Assembly (NCBI GenBank): GCA_951406725.2
Contig: OX597815.1
Location: forward strand, 11,098,001-11,162,000
Origin: Octopus vulgaris
Lineage: Eukaryota
DNA: 64,000 bases
Direction of reading: 5' to 3'
Shown here: piece after piece, positions 1 through 10,667 of the stretch
Layout of the letters: each line of letters opens with the position of its first letter
Numbering within the stretch: position 1 is the first letter of the stretch
The notes under the pieces: generated by a model
The model's database searches: none
What the model was told of the DNA's origin: nothing
What the model saw: only the letters and a program-made list of their open reading frames with translations
Translations under genes and position numbers: made by a program

Positions 1-85
1 ATTATATATAAATATATATTATATATAAATATATATTATATATAAATATATATTATATATAAATATATATTATATATAAATATAT
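1..85. repeat. 17-bp AT minisatellite (ATTATATATAAATATAT) x5
   Basis: Direct tandem units read from the sequence. Confidence 0.9.
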
Positions 86-206
86 AAATCCTTAAAAATG
101 TTTTAGCCCGAAGGCCGCGGCTATGCTGTGGCATAAAGTATTTTTTATTTCACAGTAGCAGCCAAGATTTCCAGGTATGCGAATAAAAATCCAAGAGTTT
201 AGCAAG

Positions 207-466
207 GCAATAGATAAGATCCCGGCTACATATTTTTCATAGAGAACGGAATCTCGGAAGTGGGAAATTTTCAAGCGTGGTATTTTCAGCAGGTTACACT
301 TCCAGTGAAGGGTATCTTGGTTAAATAAAGTTTACATGTGAACTTATTTTAATCAGGATACCCTTCACCGGAAGAGTAGCCTGCGGTATACACCTTGCTT
401 GGACATTAACCACTTCCGAGGTTCCACTCGCTATGAAACATATGTAGCCCAGATCTTATCTACTGC
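207..466. repeat. ~260 bp imperfect fold-back palindrome next to (TA)n
   Basis: TAGATAAGATC..GCTACATAT..GGAATCTCGGAAGTGG..CTTCCAGTGAAGGGTATC mirrored by GATACCCTTCACCGGAAG..CCACTTCCGAGGTTCC..ATATGTAGC..GATCTTATCTA; centre near 335. Confidence 0.9.
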
Positions 467-480
467 ATTCCTTAATTCTC

Positions 481-528
<48 letters not shown>

Positions 529-823
529 AGTAGACGAAGCGGAGTTGGCTGAAGAAGAGGAATTTCCCTTGTGTTGAATGTCTTGTACCCTGTTTTTTCG
601 TTGTTTAAAATAAATGTCCGTTTCCATGATTCTGTTTTCATGTTTTCGTTTCTCATTGTGTTCGACGTTTTTTTTGTGTCCTGTACCTATATATGCATGT
701 ATATATACATATAGATGTAGGTACGTACATATATGTATGTATATATGCATATGATTTATTTATTATTTTGTTATTATATGATGGAACGCCACGCATCCTC
801 TTCCAAGTAAGTTTTATCTGTAT

Positions 824-955
824 ATATATGTATGTATGTATGTGTGTGTGTATGTATGTATGTATGTATGTATGCATGTATGTATGTATGTATGTATGTT
901 TGTATGTATGTATGTATGTATGTTTGTTTGTTTTGTATGTATGCATGCATGTATG

Positions 956-989
<34 letters not shown>

Positions 990-1345
990 TGCATGCATGC
1001 ATGCATGTATGTATGTATGTATGTATGTATGTATGTACGTATGTGTGTGTGTATGTATGTATGTATGTGTGTGTGTATGTATGTATGTATGCATGTATGT
1101 ATGTATGTACGTATGTGTGTGTGTATGTATGTATGTATGTATGTATGTATGTATGTATGTATATATGTATGTATGTATGTATGCATGTATGTATGTATAT
1201 ATATATGTATGTATGTATGTATGTATGCATGTATGTATGTATGTATGTATATATGTGTGTATGTAAGTATGTATGTATGTTTGTATGTATGTATGTGTAT
1301 GTATGTATGTGTGTACGTATGTATGTATGTATGTATGTATGTGTG
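824..1345. repeat. (TATG)n microsatellite with TG/TGCA variants
   Basis: Direct reading; source of the spurious MYVC/HTYI ORFs. Confidence 0.97.
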
Positions 1346-2002
1346 GCTTTGTTTCCTTTCTTACTTTCTTACTGGTTCTCTCTCTCTTTCTCCCTCTCTC
1401 TCTCAGCCCCGTCATTCTCTTTTTTCCGTACACACACCAACCCAATCATAACAGTGTTGCATCCATGCGATCGATTTCACCCGACCTTCTATGCATCCCT
1501 CATTAATTTAATCTACCCATACACAAACATCTATTTCACCCCCAGCTCCTTTTCCGCATACACACATGCATCCACCGATCATGTAACCAGATCCGTGCAT
1601 ATATCCTCTTATCCAAACGTCAATCAATGTCCTAGTTTCCAGTACAACCACTGGCACATTCGCTCATCCAATCCTTATCCAATTACTCACACATCGATCC
1701 ATGTACTCACACAATTACTCCATGGACTTATCCAATTACTCACACATCCATGTACCCATCTACATATATATATATATATTTACGAAAGTAAAATTACATA
1801 ATATGGTAATAGTGAAACATTTATGTGAATAATACATATTTTCATTGCTTTTTCTTTTGTCTTGCTCCATTTCGTTTTGGTTGTTTTGGCAAATTTTTCT
1901 AGAGAACATTTCTTAGTGGTAAGATCATAGCGGATCTATTTCTAGCATATGGGTGTCCACATAGTGGTTTCCCTCTAATATGTGTGTGTGTATATATATA
2001 TA

Positions 2003-2418
2003 TCTATATATATATAAAACTCTAGTTGTGTGAGTGTCTGTCCCCTTCGATTTAGATTCCTAACTCCTCCCACATTTTGCGGTGCAGTTTAACCAAATTC
2101 GGGTATCTTATAGTCGTGATTCATATCGAGCCCGTCTGACTATTAGCGCGCGTCAACGATGAGTCTACGATTTTAAAAATAATTTAACATCATTTTTTAT
2201 TCCATTTTAATGCATAAAATGCATCGTATGTCGATGGCGGCGGAGTTGGCGTCCACGCTCACAGCTGCACCTGTTTGCTTCTCCCCTTCCCTCCCTCGTG
2301 AAGCTGTGGGGAAGGGAGTGAAAAGAAATCAACGTCGTAATGCGTTGTGAAGGAAACCAGCGTTCTTTTAGAACAACGGCTTCATGGCTTGAAGACACCA
2401 AAACAAAAATGGCTAAGT
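2003..2418 (+). mobile_element. Non-autonomous Helitron, 3'-truncated, same family as 41087-41485
   Basis: 5' TC-TATATATATAAA start; ~170 bp closely matching 41087-41260 (GATTTAGATTCCTAACT..TTTTGCGGTGCAGTTTAACCAAA..GCGCGCGTC). Confidence 0.7.
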
Positions 2419-2443
2419 ATATATATATATATATACATGTATA

Positions 2444-2563
2444 TGCCGAAATTGCTAGGATGATCCGGTTCTTGACTGAAGATTGAAGGCTTCGAATGTC
2501 CCGTCCGTGTTTTTTGTATCGTCTTCTAAATGTTTTACGTTCTTGTCCCAGTTTGTTTTTTTC

Positions 2564-2568
<5 letters not shown>
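2444..2568 (+). mobile_element. (TA)n-embedded short repeat, probable PLE terminal-repeat fragment
   Basis: GCCGAAATTGC..GATGATCCGGTTCTTGACTGA.GAT..GCTTCGAATG recurs inverted at ~13970-14035; both copies lie between TA tracts. Confidence 0.55.
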
Positions 2569-2610
<42 letters not shown>

Positions 2611-2753
2611 TATACTTATATCTACTCACCCATCCACTGATATATCCATCCGCCAATTGATCCATTCGCCTCACGCATCCATCCAACAGTCCAGTTCCAT
2701 CTACCAGCCCACTATCGATCCATGCTGCCACCCATCCACTCATGCATTCATCC

Positions 2754-2784
<31 letters not shown>

Positions 2785-2851
2785 TGTATGTATGTATGTA
2801 TGTATGTACGTATGCATGCATGCATGCATGTATGTATGTATGTATGTATGT

Positions 2852-2990
2852 TGAAATTTACAGAAAAACAAAAGACGAAGACAGGTGCATAAAAAACAAG
2901 CAGGTGTGTTCGTTTGACGCACGGGAAGGTGAGAAAGTCATTTATGTTTCAAGCCTGCGCTCTTCAGCAGAAAGGGACACGAGGAAATAA
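2852..2990 (-). mobile_element. Microsatellite-embedded element with hammerhead-like motif
   Basis: Reverse strand CTGCTGA-A-GAGC-GCAG-GCTT-GAAAC; homologous to 46587-46680, 60352-60418 and 62790-62958. Confidence 0.6.
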
Positions 2991-3020
2991 AACACACACA
3001 CACACACACACACATACACT

Positions 3021-3059
<39 letters not shown>

Positions 3060-3061
<2 letters not shown>

Positions 3062-3219
3062 TATTTACATTTGACGGATATTTGTCCTCATCGTGTTATT
3101 AACATGTTTTGGCTGTTATACCCTCCAACCTTCATCAGGTGTCTTGGGGAAATTTCGAACCTGGGTCCTCATTCCTAAGGTATTTTTTCGATGTTGTTGC
3201 TGTTATTATTCAGGTCACT
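3060..3219 (-). mobile_element. Inverted headless copy of the body of the SINE at 3226-3520
   Basis: Reverse complement of ~3291-3490 (CCTTCATCAGGTGTCTTGGGGAAATTTCGAACC..CATTCCTAAGGTATTTTT). Confidence 0.88.
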
Positions 3220-3225
3220 ATCCAC

Positions 3226-3520
3226 GGGCATATGGCGTAGTGGTTAAGAGCGCGGGCTACTAACCTCAAGATTCCAAGTTCAATTCCAGGCAGTGACGAG
3301 AATAATAACAACAGTAACAACAGCAACAGCAACAACAATAACAACATCGAAAAATACCTTAGGAATGAGAACCGAGGTTCGAAATTTCCCCAAGACACCT
3401 GATGAAGGCCGGAAGGTATATCAGCCGAAATGTTGTGTTAACAACAAACAAGATGAGGACAAATATCCGTCAATTATAAATAATGTAAATGATACACATA
3501 ATTCTTCATCTCTTAAATAT
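3226..3520 (+). mobile_element. tRNA-derived SINE with AAC-rich linker and hammerhead-like 3' part
   Basis: A box TGGCGTAGTGG 3233-3243, B box GTTCAATTCC 3278-3287, body ends in (TA)n. Confidence 0.8.
3395..3438 (+). ncRNA. Minimal type I hammerhead ribozyme-like motif
   Basis: Stem I ACAC/GTGT, core CTGATGA(A), stem II GGC/GCC, GAAA, then TGT-T (ACGT palindromic stem III if CpG-decayed). Confidence 0.6.
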
Positions 3521-3549
3521 AGAACTGATATATAATATATATATATAGA

Positions 3550-3790
3550 GAGGCGCAATGGCCATAGAGGCGCAATGGCCTAGTGGTTAGGGCAGCGGAC
3601 TCGCGGTCGCAGGATCGCGGTTTCAATTCTCAGACCGGGCGTTGTGTGTGTTTATTGAGCGAAAACACCTAAAAGCTCTACGAGGCTCCGGCAGGGGGTG
3701 GTGATCCCTGCTGTACTCTTTCACCACAATGGCGGTGCCCCAGCATGGCCACAGCTCAAGAGCTGAAACTGGAAAAAAAAAAAAAAAAAA
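3550..3790 (+). mobile_element. tRNA-Arg-like SINE family S2 (OR-type) with duplicated head start and A tail
   Basis: GGCGCAATGGCCTAGTGGTTAGGGCAGCGGACTCGCGGTC; tail GGCGGTGCCCCAGCATGGCC resembles the S1 tail. Confidence 0.85.
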
Positions 3791-4394
3791 AAATATATAT
3801 ATATGATAAAGTTTTTTTTATATTCCACACGGCTAGAAATATAGAAAAAGTAAAACTTGAAAATGCGCTGGGAGTAGTTAGAATTTTAAAAATCATATTT
3901 CAAGATTGTCAGTTCACACTGATTTTCTAAAGTTGAGATAGAAAGACGTGGGTTACGCCGCAATTGTCTTGCTTCGCGCTTTCCTGCAGCTCGTCTCCTT
4001 GGTGATGGTGGGTGGTCTTCGCCTCTGTGACCTGGTGGGGCAGAATCTACGAAACTACATTCGCCTTCGGCGAGAAATTGATTTTACCTTCGTCTGCGCT
4101 TGTTTTCGGAGTCTCAACAGAACGCTGCTTTTGGTCGATTATTATTATTTCTTCGTATTCTGACATTGTTGAATTGGAAAAAATGAATGAAATTCGTCTT
4201 CTCAAAAAATGCAAAAGTGCAAAACACTTATTACACCCCCTAAAAAAGGGTGTAATTACACAAAATGCTACCACCGCAATCCAGACGATGCAAGCAAAAT
4301 ACTTGTTAAATAGAATTTTGAAAGAGTGGGCTGCAACCAGCCGAAAAGCATGATTAAACACTTGCGGTTTGCGGAACTCACAGGCCGACGGCCA

Positions 4395-4857
<463 letters not shown>

Positions 4858-6546
4858 GAAGGTATAACGAAAAAGAGTTTAATGCTGAGGCTGACTGGAT
4901 AGAACGTGAGAAAGAGAGACTGGATGAACTTGAAGAACAGAAATGGGAAGCAATAGGAATAGAGGAGCTAAGGTGTGTCCTTAGGAAGGCTCATAATGGA
5001 AAACCCCAGGACTGGATCGGATCCCTAACTTCTGGCTGAATTGTTTGACAGAATACACGAACATCTCGCTGCATCTGTCTGATATACATCATGCTACTAT
5101 GAAGGAAAAAATAAGAAAGGAGTACTATAGGAGAATAAGGCTTGTACTGAAGACTGAACTCAACTCCAAAAATTGCATTGAGGCCATTAACACCCTGGCA
5201 CTTCCAGTAGTCCAGTACAGTTTTAACATCATTAACTGGAACCTTACGGAACTCCAACGCTTGGACAGGAAGACAAGAAAGTTACTGACATCCAGGAGCA
5301 TGCACCACCCTAAGGCAGATGTAGACCGCTTGTACCTACCTAGAAGCAGCGGGGGGAGAGGAATGATGCAATTGGAGCTGTGCTATAAGACCTCTACTGT
5401 AGGAATGAACAGGTACCTATCTAGTACAAACGACTGGATGCTGCGACTTGTGTGTGAACACGAAAGCAGCAAAAAGCTGCATTCTATTGTCAAGGAAGCT
5501 TATAAGTTCGAAAGGGAACTAGGCATTAACCTTGAATCAGGTGAAGAGCCAGAAACCACTGCTACCAAGCAAGCAAAGCGAATCAGGCAGACTGCAAAAA
5601 AGAATGGGCAGAATCAAATTGAGAGGCGGTGGAGCCAGAAGCCCCTGCATGGACAATACATTCTCCGAAGCCAAAATGCTGATGTAGACCAAGCAACAAC
5701 CCATCAGTGGCTGAAGAGTTCTGGATTGAAAGCAGAGACTGAAGGCTTCATAATGGCAGCACAAGATCAAAGCTTGTTTACCAGAAATTACCAGGCTAAC
5801 GTTCTCCGAAACGGTACTGACCCTAAATGCAGATTCTGTGACACATTTGACGAAACAATAGACCATCTCGTTTCGGGATGTCCTGTGCTGACACCAAACG
5901 AATACAAAAATCGCCACGATAGGGTAGGACAGTATATACATTGGAAGATATGTAAACACTACAAATCCGACACTCCTGCTAACTGGTATGAACACCATCC
6001 TCAGCCAGTTGTTGAAGGTAAAGATGTCACCATCCTCTGGGATTTTCCAGTCAACACTGACAGAACGATCAAGGCTAATCGACCAGACATAATTGTTAAA
6101 GACAGGGAAGAAAATACCTGCAGACTAATAGAAGTAAGCGTCCCCACTGATAAAAATGTATCTGTCAAGGAATTTGACAAACTTAGTAAATATAAGGACC
6201 TGGAAATCGAAATACAGAGGATGTGGAATCTTAAAACAAAAACTGTTCCTGTTATTGTAGGTGCCCTAGGTATGATAAAAAAGGGATGTCAGAAACACCT
6301 AGACAATATCCCTGGAAAACCATGTCTCAAGGAAATCCAAAAGATTGTGCTAACAAGTACTGCCCACATCCTTAGAAAAACCCTATCAATGTAAATGTTT
6401 GTGTTTGTATTACATGGAGATATTTCTCTACTTCCCCTCCCCAAGCTTTCAGCTATATTTCAACAACTCTTAACCTTCACTTGCCCTAGGGCGCTGGGTG
6501 TGCCCCGGCAGGTGATTGCATCAAACATGCAGATTAAAAGTAAATG
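4858..6546 (+). mobile_element. R4/Dong-clade non-LTR retrotransposon (family A), RT core missing, 3' UTR ending in (AAT)n
   Basis: Pre-RT motif WKTPGLDRIPNFWL (frameshifted, ~4995-5040) joined to post-RT region; CCHC knuckle CRFC..H....C; RHD; restriction-like endonuclease RPDIIV..LIEV..KLSKY. Confidence 0.9.
5045..6394 (+). CDS. Open 449-aa C-terminal part of R4/Dong polyprotein (thumb, zinc knuckle, PD-(D/E)xK endonuclease)
   Basis: HHPKADVDRLYLPRSSGGRG, ETEGFIMAAQDQ, ILWDFPVNTD, VPVIVGALG; no stops; TE-derived and probably not independently expressed. Confidence 0.85.
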   Translation: MTEYTNISLHLSDIHHATMKEKIRKEYYRRIRLVLKTELNSKNCIEAINTLALPVVQYSFNIINWNLTELQRLDRKTRKLLTSRSMHHPKADVDRLYLPRSSGGRGMMQLELCYKTSTVGMNRYLSSTNDWMLRLVCEHESSKKLHSIVKEAYKFERELGINLESGEEPETTATKQAKRIRQTAKKNGQNQIERRWSQKPLHGQYILRSQNADVDQATTHQWLKSSGLKAETEGFIMAAQDQSLFTRNYQANVLRNGTDPKCRFCDTFDETIDHLVSGCPVLTPNEYKNRHDRVGQYIHWKICKHYKSDTPANWYEHHPQPVVEGKDVTILWDFPVNTDRTIKANRPDIIVKDREENTCRLIEVSVPTDKNVSVKEFDKLSKYKDLEIEIQRMWNLKTKTVPVIVGALGMIKKGCQKHLDNIPGKPCLKEIQKIVLTSTAHILRKTLSM

Positions 6547-6578
6547 ACAATAATAATGATAATAATAATAATAATAAT

Positions 6579-6864
6579 AGAAGTAACCAGAATGTGGAAT
6601 CTAAAAACAGAAACAATTCCTATCATAGTAGGTGCATTAGGCATGATAAAACAATATTCAGACAAATATATAACAAAAACACCAGGACTTACAAACACAT
6701 ATAACATACAGAAAATTGCACTACTAGGCACTGCACACATCCTACGCAGAACACTTTCCATACAATAACATCAGAGCATCACAACAAATCACAGCACATA
6801 CCCAAGGCACACAGAGCTGCGCTCGGTAGTGAAGTGAAAGCACGCTATAAAAATAAAAGTACTG
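6579..6864 (+). mobile_element. R4/Dong family B, 5'-truncated 3' end
   Basis: RMWNLKTETIPIIVGALG..LGTAHILRRTLSIQ* plus 3' UTR ending ACTG(AAT)n. Confidence 0.9.
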
Positions 6865-6952
6865 AATAATAATGATAATAATAATGATAATCATGATAAT
6901 AAAAATCGTAATAATAGTAATAATAATAATAATAATGATAATAATAATAATG

Positions 6953-7027
<75 letters not shown>

Positions 7028-7029
<2 letters not shown>

Positions 7030-7847
7030 CGCAAAAGAAATAGACAAAGAAAAATCCCAGCAATGGTTGAGAAGCTCAGGACTCAAAGCAGAGACAGAGG
7101 GATTTTTAATTGCAGCACAAGACCAAAGCCTCCCCACCAGAAATTACCAAAAACGTGTAATGAAAAGAAATATTACAAGTAACTGCAGAATATGTGGAGA
7201 TGGACAAGAAACAATAAATCATATTATCTCTAGCTGCCCAGTCCTGGCTAAGAAGGAATATATTCACAGACATGACAGAGTTGGAACCTACATACATTGG
7301 AAGCTATGCCAACATTATGGAATAACAACAGAAAAAAGATGGTATAGGCACACACCAGAAAAGGTCACAGAAAACGAGAAAGCAACCATACTCTGGGATA
7401 TGCCGATACACACATAGAGAAATTAAGGCCAACAGACCAGATATAGTTGTCAGAGATCATGAAGAAAAAAATGCTTTCTAATTGATGTATCAATACCGGC
7501 TGATGACAACGTGTCTCTAAAAGAAATGGAGAAACTCTCAAAATACAAAGACCTGGAAATAGAGGTAACTAGAATGTGGAATCTGAAAACAGAAACAATT
7601 CCTATCATAGTAGGTGCATTAGGCATGATAAAAAAATATTCAGACAAATTCATAACAAAAACACCAGGACTTACAAACACATATAACATACAGAAAATTG
7701 CACTACTAGGCACTGCACACATTCTACGCAGAACACTTTCCATACAATAACCATCAGAGCATCACAACAAATCACAGCACATACCCAAGGCACACAGAGC
7801 TGCGCTCGGTAGTGAAGTGAAAGCACGCTATAAAAATAAAACTACTG
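7028..7847 (+). mobile_element. R4/Dong family B, 5'-truncated
   Basis: WLRSSGLKAETEG, CRIC..H..SSC, RHD, KLSKYKDLE; TAA tracts on both sides. Confidence 0.92.
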
Positions 7848-8910
7848 AATAATAATAATAATAATAATGAGATAGAGATCAATGGAGCAACAACAGTAGA
7901 AGTGAAAGAATTTTGGAAACAAATATAGTTAGCGTCGGAACGACCTCAGAAAAGATATATCAAAAACAACGAACACAGCACCTGAACAACTCTAGACCCC
8001 TATAATAACTGAAGACGCCACCCAAGTACTGCAAAAACTAAGCATCTGGAATGTACATGAGAACGACATGATCTCCAACAGATTAAAATACCTACCAGGA
8101 ACACACAAAAAGCTGGCTGAGAAATTTATTGAAATACTAGCAGATGTCTGAATGGTTCACGGAAGGGAAAAACTATCCTAATTCCCCAATCTACTGAAAC
8201 GGCAACCCCATAAAAGTATAGACTGATAACTTGACTCCCTAAATTTTACAAAACCTTTACTGAAAAAATATCGCAGAGAATGAGCAAACATCTGGAAGAA
8301 AACAACCTGTTTCCAGAAGAGCAGAAGGGATGCTGCAAGGGCTCATACTACCGTAAAGATCAGCTACTGATTAATAAAACCTTAATTGAAGACAGCTGCA
8401 GAAAGAAGAAGGGTCTAAGTATGGCCTGAATCGATTACCGAAAGGCTTTTGATAGTATTGCCAACATATGGACCCTAGAAATAATAGCCATGAACAAAGT
8501 AGCCCCAATAGTCATAAGAATTATAAAGCATTCCATGAACAAACGACAGACTGTGCTACAGCTCCAGACAAAAGAGGGATTCATAAAAACCAAAGCCATC
8601 CCCATTAGAAGAGGAATATTCCAGAGAGACACGCTCTCTCCACTCCTTTTCTGCTTGGCACTGACACCCTTATTTGACATTCTAAACAGAACTAGATGTA
8701 GATACAACTGTTACGGCAAAACAATCAGCTGCCTCTTATACACAGAAGATCCCAAACTGTACGCTACAAATGATAAGCAGCTGGAAATATTACTACAAAC
8801 AGTACATGGATTTACCAAAGAAATAAACATGAAATTTGACTTAGAAAAATGTGTCAAGGCAACCTTGAGAAGAGGAAAACTAGTTAAGAGTAGCAGTATT
8901 ACACTAGATA

Positions 8911-9315
8911 GGCGCAGGAGTGGCTGTGTGGTAAGTAGCTTGCTAACCAACCACATGGTTCCGGGTTCAGTCCCACTGCGTGGCATCTTGGGCAAGTGTC
9001 TTCTGCTATAGCCCCAGGCCGACCAAAGCCTTGTGAGTGGATTTGGTAGACGGAAACTGAAAGAAGCATGTCGTATATATGTATATATATATATATGCGT
9101 GTGTGTGTATGTGTGTCTGTGTTTGTCCCTCTAGCATTGCTTGACAACCGATGCTGGTGTGTTTGCGTCCCGTCACTTAGCGGTTCGGCAAAAGAGACCG
9201 ATAGAATAAGTACTGGGGCTTACAAAGAATAAGACCCGGGGTCGATTTGCTCGACTAAAGGCGGTGCTCCAGCATGGCCGCAGTCAAATGACTGAAACAA
9301 GTAAAAGAGAAAGAG
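8911..9315 (+). mobile_element. SINE family S1 (tRNA-like head, internal TA/TG microsatellite, GTAAAAGA tail)
   Basis: GGCGCAGGAGTGGCTGTGTGGTAAG..GGTTCAGTCCC..GCTCCAGCATGGCCGCAGTCAAATGACTGAAAC; multicopy in window. Confidence 0.92.
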
Positions 9316-9554
9316 AGATAAATGATACTATACACGAGTTAGATTAATACTGAAAACAGAGCTTGATGTGAAAAAAAAAAGATAATAGGTATCAACACTC
9401 CCAGTTATAAGTTACAGCTAAAATATTCTTAATTAGACTCTAAATGAACTAACTAAACTAGACAAGAAAACAAGAAAAAATAATGACAGGAGTTAGGCTG
9501 CACCACCCAACATCTGATATAGAAAGGTTATGTATACAGGAGTGTATATATATA

Positions 9555-9948
9555 GGCGCAGGAGTGGCTGTGTGGTAAGTAGCTTGCTTACCAACCACAT
9601 GGTTCCGGATTCCCTCTCACTGCGTGGCACCTTCGGCAAGTGTCTTCTACTATAGCCTCGGGCCGACCAAAGCCTTGTGAGTGGATTTGGTAGACGGAAA
9701 CTGAAAGAAGCCTGTCGTATATATGTATATGTATATATATGTATGTCTGTGTTTGTCCTCCCCAACATCGCTTGACAACCGATGCCGGTGTGTTTATGTC
9801 CCTGCAACTTAGCGGTTCGGCTAAAGGGACCGATAGAATAAGTACCAGGCTTACAAAGAATAAGTCCTAGGGTCGATTTGCTCGACTAAAGGCGGTGCTC
9901 CAGCATGGCCGCAGTCAAATGACTGAAACAAGTAAAAGAGTAAAAGAG
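9555..9948 (+). mobile_element. SINE family S1
   Basis: Full-length match to 8911-9315. Confidence 0.92.
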
Positions 9949-10589
9949 TATACAACGAATTGAAGGTGGTAGAGGGTTTATACGACTAAAAAACTATGAT
10001 AAAATAACTACCATAGGTCTACAAAAATACCTAGTTCAGAAGCAAGGTTTATTGATACAAAAAACCACAAAGCACAAGCAAAACCAAAAAAAAACCTGTT
10101 TTCTGTGTTTAAGGAAGCTGAAAAATATATGAAAGAAGTAATAGTGCCTGAAAACTATGAAAAAAAAAACGAAAAACAAAAAACGGGAAACAACAAAAAC
10201 AGTAAAACTACTGAATTCCAAACTGAAACTGGAAAAAAAACTAAGTATCATGATAAAACGATGGCAAGAAAATCCCTTCAATGATAAATAATATTGGGAT
10301 AAGCTAAACAGAAAAGAAATAGATAAAGCAATATCCCAACAATGTTTGAGAATCTCAGAACTCAAAGCAGAGCCTGAAGGATTTTTAAATGAAGCACAGG
10401 TCAAATTACCAGAAACACATAATGAAGAGAAATACAAGTAACTGCAGAATATGTGGCGATGAAGAAGAAACAGTAAATCATATTGTCTTTAACTGTCCAG
10501 TCCTGGCTGAGAATTCATATAGCTACAAACATATGAATAGAGTTGGGATCAATACACACTGGAAGCCATGACAACACTATGGAATGACA

Positions 10590-10667
10590 AGCTGGCAGAA
10601 ACGTTAGCACGACGGGCGAAATGCGTAGCCGTATTTCGTCTGCCGTTACGTTCTGAGTTCAAATTCA
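10590..10667 (+). mobile_element. SINE family S3 head fragment
   Basis: GCTGGCAGAAACGTTAGCAC..GAGTTCAAATTC. Confidence 0.8.

Larger units (their letters stand above)
7870..10590 (+). pseudogene. Degenerate R4/Dong RT-to-zinc-knuckle region split by two S1 SINEs
   Basis: EEQKGC, IDYRKAFDS, GIFQRDTLSPLLF, LLYTED (decayed YMDD), EKC, CRICGD; many stops and frameshifts. Confidence 0.85.

Noticed and set aside
653-1801. Long ORFs of MYVC/HTYI repeats (also 37416-38644 and poly-N/I/L/Y ORFs)
   Set aside because: Translations of stop-free microsatellite frames
3226-3295. tRNA gene (also 3568, 34977, 36780, 58752)
   Set aside because: No proper acceptor stem; each continues into a multicopy SINE body
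4330-4394. HDV-like ribozyme at the minus-strand element start
   Set aside because: Could not assign P2, P3 or P1.1 convincingly by eye
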